Below, piece by piece: positions 27,363-36,041 of a stretch of 64,000 nt of DNA (position 1 is the stretch's first letter; every line of letters begins with the position of its first letter). Under the pieces are notes generated by a model that saw nothing but the letters and a program-made list of their open reading frames with translations, was not told where the DNA came from and ran no database searches. The DNA lies in contig NZ_JALHQD010000007.1 of the NCBI RefSeq assembly GCF_022842145.1, positions 84,441 to 148,440 on the forward strand, written 5' to 3'. This DNA is from Tabrizicola sp. (GTDB lineage Bacteria; Pseudomonadota; Alphaproteobacteria; Rhodobacterales; Rhodobacteraceae). A program made the position numbers and the translations under genes.

Positions 27363-29498
27363 TCAGTTTTCGCCAGGCGACGGTACGCCTTCGAGCAGCG
27401 CTTTGATCGCATCGCGGGCGGCAAGACTGGCTTTTACCGTGCGATTGCCACGATCAAGCAGGCCGGATGCTTCGGAAGCTGGCCGGGCCTGCGCCAGATC
27501 AGCTGCTGCCCGCCATGGATCTGCGGCTTGCGGTGAAAGGTTTGCCCAGTTGCCCGCCCATAGCTCCACTCGGGAGGCGGCTTCGCTCTCGCCAGCATCG
27601 GCGAGCGCAGCCCTTGCGCCCGGCAGATCGCCAAGTTGCAGCAGTGCCTGCGCGCGAACCTCTTCGGCCTCGGTCCCTGGCACGCCCTCAAGCAAGGTCA
27701 GCGCAGCCCTGGCATCGCCCCGCTTGAACTGCATCCTTGCGGCTGGGAGCCGCAGCTCTGGCGGGGCGGAGGCATCGACGGGTCCAAGCCAGACAAGGGC
27801 TGCGTCCGCGAACCCCAAGGCGAGCAGTCGGTCAGCCGTGGCGCGGGCCACCTCGTCGGCAACCTCCGGCCAAGAGGCTTCTGCAGGAAGCACGGCATGG
27901 CGCAGGAAGTCGTCGTCGGAGGAGCGGGCTTGCACGACTTGCCACAGATCCGAGAGGTCCAAGGACGTTGGCCCCGCTTCGAACGCGGCGTTCGTTCGGT
28001 TGGACAGTGCGAGTGCCAGCACGATGGCACGATCGATCTCCAACAGTTCGTCGCCGCCAGCTTCCCCGCGCAGTGCCAGAAGAGCATCCGCGATGCCCGG
28101 ATCAATCGGTTGCAGCTTCCGGAAATGTGCTTCGACCAGAGTAACAAGGCTTCCCGCCCTGTTGCCGTCCAGTGCCACGGCAGCTTCGGCATGGCTCCGC
28201 GCCGCCTCCGTGTCGCCTTCGTGGAGGCTGGTCTTTGCATCCAGGAGGGCAACGCTGCTTTCATCAACCTCTGGCGACCGTTCCATCGCGTCGCGGATCA
28301 TCCGGACGGCTTCGCTGTCGTCACGGGCAAGGAATTTTTCGGCAAGTTCGGCGCCCAGGTGGCGCCGCAAATGGGCTGGAAGCGCCATGAAGGCCTGCAG
28401 GATCGCATCGCGGTTCACGCCGGGTCCGGCGGGAAGCCGGTCATGTGCCAGCGCGGCCCAGAGAGCGGCCGGTCCAGCGCACTCCAGCATCGCGGCGAAG
28501 GGTGTTGTCGGATCGGTTTCGCCATCCACGAGACGGGACATCGATAGATAAAGCGCCACGGCTTCGTCCGCAGACCCCATGCTCAGCATGTCCAGCGTCT
28601 GGCGCGCCTCGACACCGAATCCTAAGTAGAGCAATTGGCGCGCCGAGCGCAGGATCGTGGCATCATCCGGCAGGTCGAATTCTCCAAACAGGCCCGATCG
28701 CGCCTCGACCAGCAGGTCGTGCGGCATCCGGCCTTCACCCCAAGCCGCAAGATCGACAATCTCGATCGCTGCGCAGGAGTCGGGCGGTATGTCCTCGGCA
28801 ATCAGGGCGCCGGGATTTGTCACCGTGACGCCGGGCTGCTCACCAATCCTGATGTTCGACCAAGGCAACACCGCGCGGTCAGACGCTGGCATCTCGGTGG
28901 GCTTTCCGGGCAACTCCATGTCGACCAAGCCGTCCGCCGCGCCCTTGGCAATCTGTTCCAGAAGCTCGTCACGCAGGGGTTCAAGCGATACGGTCCCGGT
29001 GTCCAACCGAAGGGGCAGGGCCGCGACCACAGGACGGTCGGGCGGGATCGCGGCAATCCAGCTGTACTCCGGCGCCGGCTTCGTCCCGTTTGCAGGCGCG
29101 GGCTGAGAGGAGAAGTCAGCCTCGAAAGCCGAGCTTTCGGGCGCCGGACCCTCCTTGATGTCTAGCACCACGATTCCGGTATCGTATTCAAAAGGGAATA
29201 TGTGACAATCGCATCCGAGGTCGAGCGACAGGACACCGCTGGCAGGATCTACCGCAAGGTCCGCCAGTCTGGCGCGCGGGATGCGCTGCCATACGGCCGT
29301 CAGGTCATAGTCCGGCTGTGTCTCGCCCCTTGCGGAAAAGGCATAGCCCGTAGCCGTGCGGCCCAGGGTCCATTCCGGCGCGCCGGGCAGCTCCATCACC
29401 AGACGGGTGAATGCGCCATGCTCGCCGGAAAGCACCCGAGCCGTTTCCGCCCGGGCCGGTGCAACCAAAAGCAAAAGCAGCAGCAGCGCGTATATCAT
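27363..29498 (-). CDS. secreted 711-aa protein of unknown function (N-terminal beta domain plus helical repeats)
   Basis: Signal peptide MIYALLLLLLLVAPARA. The start overlaps the motA stop (ATGA). High GC3 throughout. No recognised flagellar family. Confidence 0.7.
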   Translation of the reverse strand: MIYALLLLLLLVAPARAETARVLSGEHGAFTRLVMELPGAPEWTLGRTATGYAFSARGETQPDYDLTAVWQRIPRARLADLAVDPASGVLSLDLGCDCHIFPFEYDTGIVVLDIKEGPAPESSAFEADFSSQPAPANGTKPAPEYSWIAAIPPDRPVVAALPLRLDTGTVSLEPLRDELLEQIAKGAADGLVDMELPGKPTEMPASDRAVLPWSNIRIGEQPGVTVTNPGALIAEDIPPDSCAAIEIVDLAAWGEGRMPHDLLVEARSGLFGEFDLPDDATILRSARQLLYLGFGVEARQTLDMLSMGSADEAVALYLSMSRLVDGETDPTTPFAAMLECAGPAALWAALAHDRLPAGPGVNRDAILQAFMALPAHLRRHLGAELAEKFLARDDSEAVRMIRDAMERSPEVDESSVALLDAKTSLHEGDTEAARSHAEAAVALDGNRAGSLVTLVEAHFRKLQPIDPGIADALLALRGEAGGDELLEIDRAIVLALALSNRTNAAFEAGPTSLDLSDLWQVVQARSSDDDFLRHAVLPAEASWPEVADEVARATADRLLALGFADAALVWLGPVDASAPPELRLPAARMQFKRGDARAALTLLEGVPGTEAEEVRAQALLQLGDLPGARAALADAGESEAASRVELWAGNWANLSPQAADPWRAAADLAQARPASEASGLLDRGNRTVKASLAARDAIKALLEGVPSPGEN

Positions 29499-30364
29499 GC
29501 CGCTTCCTGTTTGAGGTTGCGCATGGCTTCTTCGAGTTCGGTGAAGCCCGGGCGGACGTGGTGCGGCGTATTCTGGCGGCCGACCTCGATGCAGATATTG
29601 GCCGGGTGGCGGTGGAGATTGGCGACCAGCACCTCGCGGATCAACTGGTAGAAGTGGATGTCCTCTTCCACCACGGCCTTCACCCGAGCTGCAAACGGCC
29701 CCATCAGGCCATAGGCCAGGAACACGCCCAGGAAGGTACCGACGAGCGCGCCGCCGATCATCTTTCCCAGGACCTCTGGCGGCTGATCGATCGAGCCCAT
29801 CGTCTTGATCACGCCCAGAACCGCCGCGACGATGCCCAGCGCGGGCAGCCCATCGGCCATGGTCTGCAGAGCGTGGCTGGAGTGCATCGCGTGGTGCAGG
29901 GTCGCCTCCATGCGCTTGTCCATCACCTCTTCCACCTGATGCGGGTCATCGTAGTTCATCGAGGCCGCGCGCATCGTGTCGCAGATGAACTCCATCGCCT
30001 CGTGGTCGTGCTGGATTCGAGGATACTTGCCGAAGATCGCCGAGGTGTCGGGCGATTCGACATGCTCTTCCAGCGCGACAGGGTTGGCGCGGGCCAGACG
30101 GATCAGTTCGAACAAGAGGCACAGCAGATCGCGGTAGTCGTCCGGCTTCCACTTCGGTCCCTTGAAAACCTTGCCGATGTCCTTCAGCGTCTGTTTCACT
30201 CCGGACATGTCGTTCGAAATCAGGAAGGCGCCAACGGCTGCCCCGCCGATCATGATCATCTCGAAGGGCAAAGCCTTGAGGATGATCCCCATCTTGCCGC
30301 CCGCAAGGACATAGCCGCCGAAGACCATGATAAGAATGACGGCGATGCCGACGATGCCGAGCAT
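29495..30364 (-). CDS. motA: flagellar stator protein MotA
   Basis: 289 aa. MLGIVGIAVILIMVFGGYVLAGGKMGIILKALPFEMIMIGGAAVGAF... with four TM helices; MotA/TolQ/ExbB family. Confidence 0.92.
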   Translation of the reverse strand: MLGIVGIAVILIMVFGGYVLAGGKMGIILKALPFEMIMIGGAAVGAFLISNDMSGVKQTLKDIGKVFKGPKWKPDDYRDLLCLLFELIRLARANPVALEEHVESPDTSAIFGKYPRIQHDHEAMEFICDTMRAASMNYDDPHQVEEVMDKRMEATLHHAMHSSHALQTMADGLPALGIVAAVLGVIKTMGSIDQPPEVLGKMIGGALVGTFLGVFLAYGLMGPFAARVKAVVEEDIHFYQLIREVLVANLHRHPANICIEVGRQNTPHHVRPGFTELEEAMRNLKQEAA

Positions 30365-30433
30365 GATGTTGTCCTGTGTGGCCTTCGGTTGCGGTCAGTA
30401 TCGTGGAGGTGGGTTAAGACTCTCTCACCGGCT

Positions 30434-30997
30434 TCACTCGGTCGGCACACCGGCGTTGCGGCCTGCAACGATCACGCTGACGCCGTATGCCGCCTCGGCA
30501 GACATGCCAGAGAGGATCGCCGCCGCCGACTCGGGAGGCATCCGGCCCAGAAAGCCCGCTGCGAACTCGGGAGACATCGTCTCGAACAGGACCGCAGCAT
30601 CCTTTGGCTTCATCGCCTGGTAGACGGCGGTAAGCTGCTGGATATCCTCTTCGGCGGCACCATCTGCCAATGCCAAGGTGGCCTTCAGCTCGTCCTCGAC
30701 CGCCTGCATCTCTGCCATGCGCGCAGAGATTGCCGCCTCGGCCAGCGCCAGTGCCGCAAGACGGTCCTGCAACGCCACTTCCTGCGCCGCGACCCGGTCT
30801 TCGCGCAGGCTCAGCGCCTCGGAGAGCGCACTTGGCATCTCGCAGCTTGCCGGGACCGTCTCCGCGGTCACCGCTTTTTCACCGGACTCAGCCAAGGCAG
30901 CACCGATACCCGACCCCAATCTCAACGCACCGGACGAAGCAAAGAGCATCGCCACGATCAGGAGCGCGCCCTGGCCTGCACGCCGCCGCCGGCTCAT
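30434..30997 (-). CDS. MotE-like flagellar protein (MgtE_N-like helical domain)
   Basis: 187 aa. N-terminal anchor or signal, a coiled coil, then ...YQAMKPKDAAVLFETMSPEFAAGFLGRMPPESAAAILSGMSAEAA, the MotE/FlbB-type repeat. Confidence 0.65.
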   Translation of the reverse strand: MSRRRRAGQGALLIVAMLFASSGALRLGSGIGAALAESGEKAVTAETVPASCEMPSALSEALSLREDRVAAQEVALQDRLAALALAEAAISARMAEMQAVEDELKATLALADGAAEEDIQQLTAVYQAMKPKDAAVLFETMSPEFAAGFLGRMPPESAAAILSGMSAEAAYGVSVIVAGRNAGVPTE

Positions 30998-31389
30998 TCT
31001 GCGGCCTCCAGTTCATCGCGGGGCGCGCGGCGGCGCACAAAGCGCGGCCGGCGCTGTTCTTCCAGCGGATCGTCGGGCTCTGCCCGTCCAGCAGGTGCCT
31101 TTGGATCGGGCAGGTCGTGCAGCGATGCGACCAGCAGTTCCAGCTTGCGCGCGACCGTCTCTCCGCGCGCCGTCAGCGCTTCCAGGCTCTCCGCCGAGCC
31201 GTTTGCGGCCCCCCGTGCCCGGTCCAGGGCCACGGTCATGTCATCGACCTGGGCCGAGAGGACGGCGATTGCCCCGCCCATCCCGGATTCAAGGGTCGTG
31301 AATTTCTTCAACCGGTTGGACAGAACGTAACAGTAGATCGCGGCTCCGAACGAGCCTGCCATCAGAAGGATATCGGCAATCAGGTTCAT
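30994..31389 (-). CDS. small single-pass membrane protein with coiled coil, flagellar operon
   Basis: 131 aa. TM helix MNLIADILLMAGSFGAAIYCYVL, a helical middle and a charged tail. ATGA overlap with the motE-like gene. Confidence 0.6.
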   Translation of the reverse strand: MNLIADILLMAGSFGAAIYCYVLSNRLKKFTTLESGMGGAIAVLSAQVDDMTVALDRARGAANGSAESLEALTARGETVARKLELLVASLHDLPDPKAPAGRAEPDDPLEEQRRPRFVRRRAPRDELEAAE

Positions 31390-31398
31390 GTGTCCGTC

Positions 31399-31887
31399 CT
31401 AGTTCAACACGAATTCGGTGATCAGAAGGTCGCGCACCCGGCCTTCGCCGGTCACGACCTGAATGCGGCGCAACATCTGCGCGCGAAGCCGCGCCAGGGC
31501 CTGCGGGTCCTCGATCGACGCAGTGTCGATTGCGCGCAGGTAGCTGTTCACCACGTCCAGAATGCGTGGCGTCAGCGTCGTGACGTCCTTCACTGCGGAC
31601 TCCACGACCTCGAGCTGGGCAGTGAACCGCAGATGCTCACTGCCCGAGTCCGGGGCAAGCGAGACGACAATGGTTTCCAGGGGAACGAAGGCGATGCCGG
31701 CCAGAGGGCCCGGAAGCATTTCCTCCTCGGTGTGATCCTCTCCGCCGCCCAGGATCAGTCCGGAAAATGTGGCGTAGAATCCACCCCCGCCCAGCAGCAG
31801 GGCCAGCATCAGACCGATCAGCAAGGGCTTCTTCGATCGCTTCTTCGCGGGCTCTTCGATCGCGGCTTCGGCCGTGGCCATGTTCAT
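31399..31887 (-). CDS. FliL-family flagellar basal body-associated protein (second paralogue)
   Basis: 162 aa from the ATG at 31887 (MNMATAEAAIEEP...). One TM helix, then FVPLETIVVSLAPDSGSEHLRFTAQLEV...VVNSYLR. This is only the last part of the 727-aa ORF. Confidence 0.75.
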   Translation of the reverse strand: MNMATAEAAIEEPAKKRSKKPLLIGLMLALLLGGGGFYATFSGLILGGGEDHTEEEMLPGPLAGIAFVPLETIVVSLAPDSGSEHLRFTAQLEVVESAVKDVTTLTPRILDVVNSYLRAIDTASIEDPQALARLRAQMLRRIQVVTGEGRVRDLLITEFVLN

Positions 31888-31928
31888 GCTCCGTTTCTCG
31901 GGACAAGGCGACCATAAGCCAAAGGTCA

Positions 31929-31943
31929 CTAACCGATTGTTAA
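31929..31943. promoter_or_regulatory. CtrA-box-like element (CTAA-N7-TTAA) in the fliL-like / fliF divergent region
   Basis: CTAAccgattgTTAA. It has one mismatch to TTAA-N7-TTAA and is centred between the two divergent operon starts. Confidence 0.3.
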
Positions 31944-31998
31944 GCCCGACCGGCGAAAGCTTGGCGTACGGCAGAACCGCCGGAGCCGGAGAATCGCC

Positions 31999-33600
31999 TT
32001 GCAGAACGTGATCGACATCTGGACCAAACTCGACCTGCGCCGCCGCATCATCATCGTGGGGGCCACGGTGGCCATGTTCGCGGCGGTCCTGGCCCTTAGC
32101 CGCATGGCGGGTCAGCCGGAAATGGGCCTGCTTTACGCAGGGTTGGAGCCTGGTGCTGCGGGCGAAGTGGTCGCCGCTCTGGACCAGCGCGGGGTGGCGT
32201 ACGAAATCCAGGGCGACTCGATCCTCGTAGATGTCAGTCAGCGGGATGCCCTGCGCATGGCATTGGCGTCCGAGGGACTGCCGGCCGCCGGTGGTGGTGG
32301 CTACGAGCTGCTTGATTCGCTTTCCGGCTTCGGCACCACGTCGCAAATGTTCGACGCGGCATACTGGCGTGCGAAGGAAGGCGAGATCGCGCGGACGCTG
32401 CTTGCCATGCCCGAGATCAGGGCCGCCCGCGTTCATATCGCCAGCGCCCCGACCCGGGCGTTTCAGCCGGAATCGCAGGCTACGGCCTCGGTGACGCTGA
32501 CCACGGTCTCGGGCAGCCTCAGCGAGGGTCAGGCGCGCGCGATCCGGCACCTCGTGGCCAGCGCGGTCGCCGGGATGACGCCCGATTCGGTGCAGATCAT
32601 CGACACGGTGGCAGGCCTGATCGGCGGGCAGGAGAGCGAAGGGTTTGAAACCGGGGATGCTGCCGACCGTGCCGCGGCGATAAAGGGGAATGTGGAGCGC
32701 CTGCTGGCCGCCCGCGTGGGTGCTGGCAAGGCGGTTGTGGAAGTCTCCATCGATCTTGTCTCCGAACGCGAGGCGATCACCGAGCGCAAGTTCGATCCGC
32801 AGGGTCGGGTGGCGATCTCCTCTGAAACCGAAGAGCGCAGCGGGTCCAGCACCGAACCCGGGGGTGAAGTCACAGTCGCATCGAACCTGCCCGAAGGCGA
32901 CGCCGGGGCGGGCAGCCAGGGGCAGAGCCAGAATTCCGAAACGCGCGAGCGTGTGAACTACGAAGTGTCCGAGACGCAGCGCGAGATCTTGCGAAGCCCC
33001 GGCGGGGTGCGTCGGATGACGGTGGCCGTCATGGTCGACGGAGTGGCGGCGGTTGCCGACGACGGCACCCGGACCTGGGAGCCGCGTCCGGAGGAAGAGC
33101 TTGCAACGCTGCGCGAACTGGTGGCCTCGGCCGTGGGGCTGGATGAGGCTCGCGGGGACGTGCTGACCCTGAAGACGCTGGAATTCCAGGAACTTCCGTT
33201 TCCGGCGGGTACCGAGGCGACCACGAGCCTCTTGCCGCCGCTGGGCCAGATCGACGTCATGTCGATGATCCAGACGGCCGTTCTTGCTCTGGTGGCGCTG
33301 GTTCTGGGCCTGTTCGTCATCCGGCCGGTCCTGACCTCGGCCAGCCGGGCGGCCCTGCCCGCGCCAGACGGCCAACTGGCGCTCCCGCCAGCCATACTTT
33401 CGGGGCCGGTCGCGCTGAACGGAGTGGTGGACGACGGCTTCGACTACGGGTCCTTTGCCAGCGCCCGCCGTGAGGGCGGGGAAGGCGAGGAACCGGAGGA
33501 GGACCCCGCAACCCGCCTGCGTCGCCTCATCGAGCAGCGCCAGACCGAGTCGATCGAAATCCTGCGCGGCTGGATGGAACACGAAGAGGAGCCTGCATGA
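31999..33600 (+). CDS. fliF: flagellar MS-ring protein FliF
   Basis: 533 aa. TTG start preceded by GGAGCCGGAGAA. ...LLYAGLEPGAAGEVVAALDQRGVAYEIQGDSILVD... plus a C-terminal TM helix and acidic tail. Confidence 0.95.
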   Translation: MQNVIDIWTKLDLRRRIIIVGATVAMFAAVLALSRMAGQPEMGLLYAGLEPGAAGEVVAALDQRGVAYEIQGDSILVDVSQRDALRMALASEGLPAAGGGGYELLDSLSGFGTTSQMFDAAYWRAKEGEIARTLLAMPEIRAARVHIASAPTRAFQPESQATASVTLTTVSGSLSEGQARAIRHLVASAVAGMTPDSVQIIDTVAGLIGGQESEGFETGDAADRAAAIKGNVERLLAARVGAGKAVVEVSIDLVSEREAITERKFDPQGRVAISSETEERSGSSTEPGGEVTVASNLPEGDAGAGSQGQSQNSETRERVNYEVSETQREILRSPGGVRRMTVAVMVDGVAAVADDGTRTWEPRPEEELATLRELVASAVGLDEARGDVLTLKTLEFQELPFPAGTEATTSLLPPLGQIDVMSMIQTAVLALVALVLGLFVIRPVLTSASRAALPAPDGQLALPPAILSGPVALNGVVDDGFDYGSFASARREGGEGEEPEEDPATRLRRLIEQRQTESIEILRGWMEHEEEPA

Positions 33601-34181
33601 TGCCGGCTCTGCGCCTTGAGGTTTTCGATACCGCTTCCGCCGCCGATGGGTCCTTTCGCCCGCTTGTCGAGGCCACTGCAGTCGAGGAGGCCAAGGTCGC
33701 CTCTTTCGAGCAGGGCTATTCGGCCGGGTGGGATGACGCGGTGGCCGCGCAGCAAGGGGACCAGGGGCGGATCCGTGCCGACCTTGCCCGCAATCTGCAA
33801 AGCCTTTCCTTCACGTTCCAGGACGCCCGCAGCCATGTGCTTCAGGCGATCAAACCGCTGATCCTGGAGATGATCAACCGGCTGCTCCCCGAAGTTGCGC
33901 GCGAGGCTTTGGGGCCGACCGTCCTGGAAGCGGTGATGCCGATGGCCGCGGATTTGGCCGACACGCCTCTGACCCTGGTCCTGAACCCTGCCGTGCGCGG
34001 TCAGATCGAGGAGCTAATCGTTCAGGCCACCGGCTTGCCGATGGTGATCGAAGAGGAGCCGACCATGCCCGACGGCCAGGTCTACATCCGCTTCGGAACC
34101 TCGGAGGCCAAGGTCGATCTCGGCCAGGTCACCACCGATATCTCGATCGCCGTTCGGGCGTTCTTCAACCTCAACACCTGA
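33597..34181 (+). CDS. FliH-like flagellar assembly protein
   Basis: 194 aa. FEQGYSAGWDDAVAAQ near the N-terminus and the C-terminal pattern LTLVLNP...GQVYIRFGTSEAKVDL resemble FliH. ATGA overlap with fliF. Confidence 0.6.
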   Translation: MMPALRLEVFDTASAADGSFRPLVEATAVEEAKVASFEQGYSAGWDDAVAAQQGDQGRIRADLARNLQSLSFTFQDARSHVLQAIKPLILEMINRLLPEVAREALGPTVLEAVMPMAADLADTPLTLVLNPAVRGQIEELIVQATGLPMVIEEEPTMPDGQVYIRFGTSEAKVDLGQVTTDISIAVRAFFNLNT

Positions 34182-34189
34182 GGATCATC

Positions 34190-34459
34190 ATGGAAGATCT
34201 AGCCGATACCAATCCCTTCTCGCAGGTTCCGATCGAGGTCATGATTTCGGTCGGGCGGGCGCGACCGCTGGTGCGCGACCTGCTGAAACTGTCCAAGGAC
34301 GCAGTCCTGCAACTGGACCGCAGGATCGATGATCCGGTCGAGCTTTACGTCGGCGACCGTCTGATCGCACGCGGAGAGCTGACCGAGCTGGAGGGCGAAA
34401 ACGCCGGGCAGCTTGCGGTGCGGCTGACCGAGGTCGCCAACCTTCGGGGCGGATTGTGA
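34190..34459 (+). CDS. fliN: flagellar motor switch protein FliN (SpoA domain)
   Basis: 89 aa. VPIEVMISVGRARPLVRDLLKLSKDAVLQLDRRIDDPVELYVGDRLIARGEL. Confidence 0.9.
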   Translation: MEDLADTNPFSQVPIEVMISVGRARPLVRDLLKLSKDAVLQLDRRIDDPVELYVGDRLIARGELTELEGENAGQLAVRLTEVANLRGGL

Positions 34460-35178
34460 GGCTTGCTGCGGGCGTTGCGCTTGGCCTCGTCTTGCTGGCG
34501 GGCCCCGCCGTCGCCCAGCAGATGACGCTGGACTTCGGTGGCGATGGACAGTCCCTTTCGCTGCGGTCCGTGCAGTTGCTTCTGCTGATCACCGTCCTGT
34601 CGATCGTGCCGGGATTGGCGGTCATGGTCACCTGCTTTCCGTTCATCGTCACCGTGCTGTCGATCCTGCGGCAGGCGCTTGGCTTGCAGCAGGCCCCGCC
34701 GAACATGGTGATCATCAGCCTTTCGCTGTTCCTGACCTGGTACGTGATGGATCCCGTGTTCGCCGAAGCCTGGGTCAGCGGAATCGAGCCCCTGACGAAC
34801 GGGACAATCGAGGTGGGACCGGGTCTGCAAGCCGCCATCGCTCCGTTCCGGACCTTCATGGCGCTGCGCGTCGATCCGGAAACGCTGCAGACCTTGCAGG
34901 ACCTGCGGTCCACCACGCCGATCACCGCGACGGACGCTCCGCTATCGCTTCTCGTGCCGTCGTTCCTGCTTTCCGAGATTCAGCGGGCCTTCGAGATCGG
35001 CTTCATGATCTTCCTGCCCTTCCTGATCATCGATCTTGTCGTCGCTGCGATCCTGATGTCGATGGGGATGATGATGGTCCCGCCGGCCATCGTCTCGCTG
35101 CCGTTCAAGCTGGTCTTCTTCGTCGTTGCGGATGGCTGGGCGCTGATCTCGGGAGCTTTGGTCCGGAGCTATTTCTGA
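34456..35178 (+). CDS. fliP: flagellar export apparatus protein FliP
   Basis: 240 aa. ...FPFIVTVLSILRQALGLQQAPPNMVIISLSLFLTWYVMDPV...FMIFLPFLIIDLVVA. Confidence 0.95.
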   Translation: MRLAAGVALGLVLLAGPAVAQQMTLDFGGDGQSLSLRSVQLLLLITVLSIVPGLAVMVTCFPFIVTVLSILRQALGLQQAPPNMVIISLSLFLTWYVMDPVFAEAWVSGIEPLTNGTIEVGPGLQAAIAPFRTFMALRVDPETLQTLQDLRSTTPITATDAPLSLLVPSFLLSEIQRAFEIGFMIFLPFLIIDLVVAAILMSMGMMMVPPAIVSLPFKLVFFVVADGWALISGALVRSYF

Positions 35179-35189
35179 CGAGCGGGCGG

Positions 35190-36041
35190 TCAGTCCAGAA
35201 TGCGGCCGGTCTCGATCCACCAGAACGGATGCGCAGCTTTCAGAAAGGCGGCGGCCGCTTCAGCCGCATGGTCCGTGGCGAAAAGGCCGAAGTGCGTTCC
35301 GCCCGAGCCGGTCATGCGCGCCAGAAGGCAGTCGGGCGTTGCCTCCAGCGCAGCCTGCACGTCGGCCAGAATGGGAGCGACCTCGCGTGCCGGGGGGATC
35401 AGATCGTTGCGAGTGTGCGCAGCCAGCCAGGCGGCGAAGCTTTCGGCGGAGGCCAGGGCGCTGTGGGGCAAGTCGGCCAGGGGCGGGTTTTCACGCGAGG
35501 TCAGGGCGGCAAACACCTGCGGCGTCGGCACCGGCAGACGCGGGTTGACCAGCACGCAGGCCAAGCGCGGCAAGGCAGGAAGCTGCGTCACCTTCTCGCC
35601 GATCCCGGTCATGCGTGACGGACGACCGTCCAGACAGACCGGGACATCCGCCCCAAGGCGCAGGATGTCGGACATCGGCGGCATTGGCAGCCCGGTCAGG
35701 CGCTGCAGGGCCCGCAGCGTCGCGGCCGCGTCGGCGGATCCGCCACCGATCCCCGAGGCGATGGGCAACCGCTTGTCGAGGACCAGCGCCGCATCCGAAA
35801 CTCCGAACAACCGGGCAGCCCGCAGGACCAGGTTGTCGGCTTCGGCCTGCAATCCGGCACCTTCCGGACCAGCGACGACCAGGGACAAGCCATGCGCCGG
35901 CGTCACGAAAACCCGGTCGGCCACGTCGGCAAAGACCACGAGGCTGTCCAGAAGATGATAGCCGTCCAGGCGCCGCCCGGTCACATGGAGACAGAGGTTG
36001 ATCTTGGCTGGCGCGTTTTCCGCCACTGCCTCAGTTGTCAT
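35190..36041 (-). CDS. ispE: 4-(cytidine 5'-diphospho)-2-C-methyl-D-erythritol kinase
   Basis: APAKINLCLHVTGRRLDGYHLLDSLVVF...PIASGIGGGSADAAA (GHMP kinase motif). Start at the ATG at 36041. Confidence 0.92.
   Translation of the reverse strand: MTTEAVAENAPAKINLCLHVTGRRLDGYHLLDSLVVFADVADRVFVTPAHGLSLVVAGPEGAGLQAEADNLVLRAARLFGVSDAALVLDKRLPIASGIGGGSADAAATLRALQRLTGLPMPPMSDILRLGADVPVCLDGRPSRMTGIGEKVTQLPALPRLACVLVNPRLPVPTPQVFAALTSRENPPLADLPHSALASAESFAAWLAAHTRNDLIPPAREVAPILADVQAALEATPDCLLARMTGSGGTHFGLFATDHAAEAAAAFLKAAHPFWWIETGRILD

Noticed and set aside
29411-31330. 639-aa plus-strand ORF across motA, the motE-like gene and the small membrane orf
   Set aside because: It runs antisense through three separate well-formed minus-strand genes and their intergenic gaps. 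It has no motifs and shadow-frame composition.
31888-33582. Upstream part of the 727-aa minus-strand ORF antisense to fliF
   Set aside because: FliF on the plus strand is unambiguous. Only the C-terminal 162 aa (the FliL-like protein) are coding.
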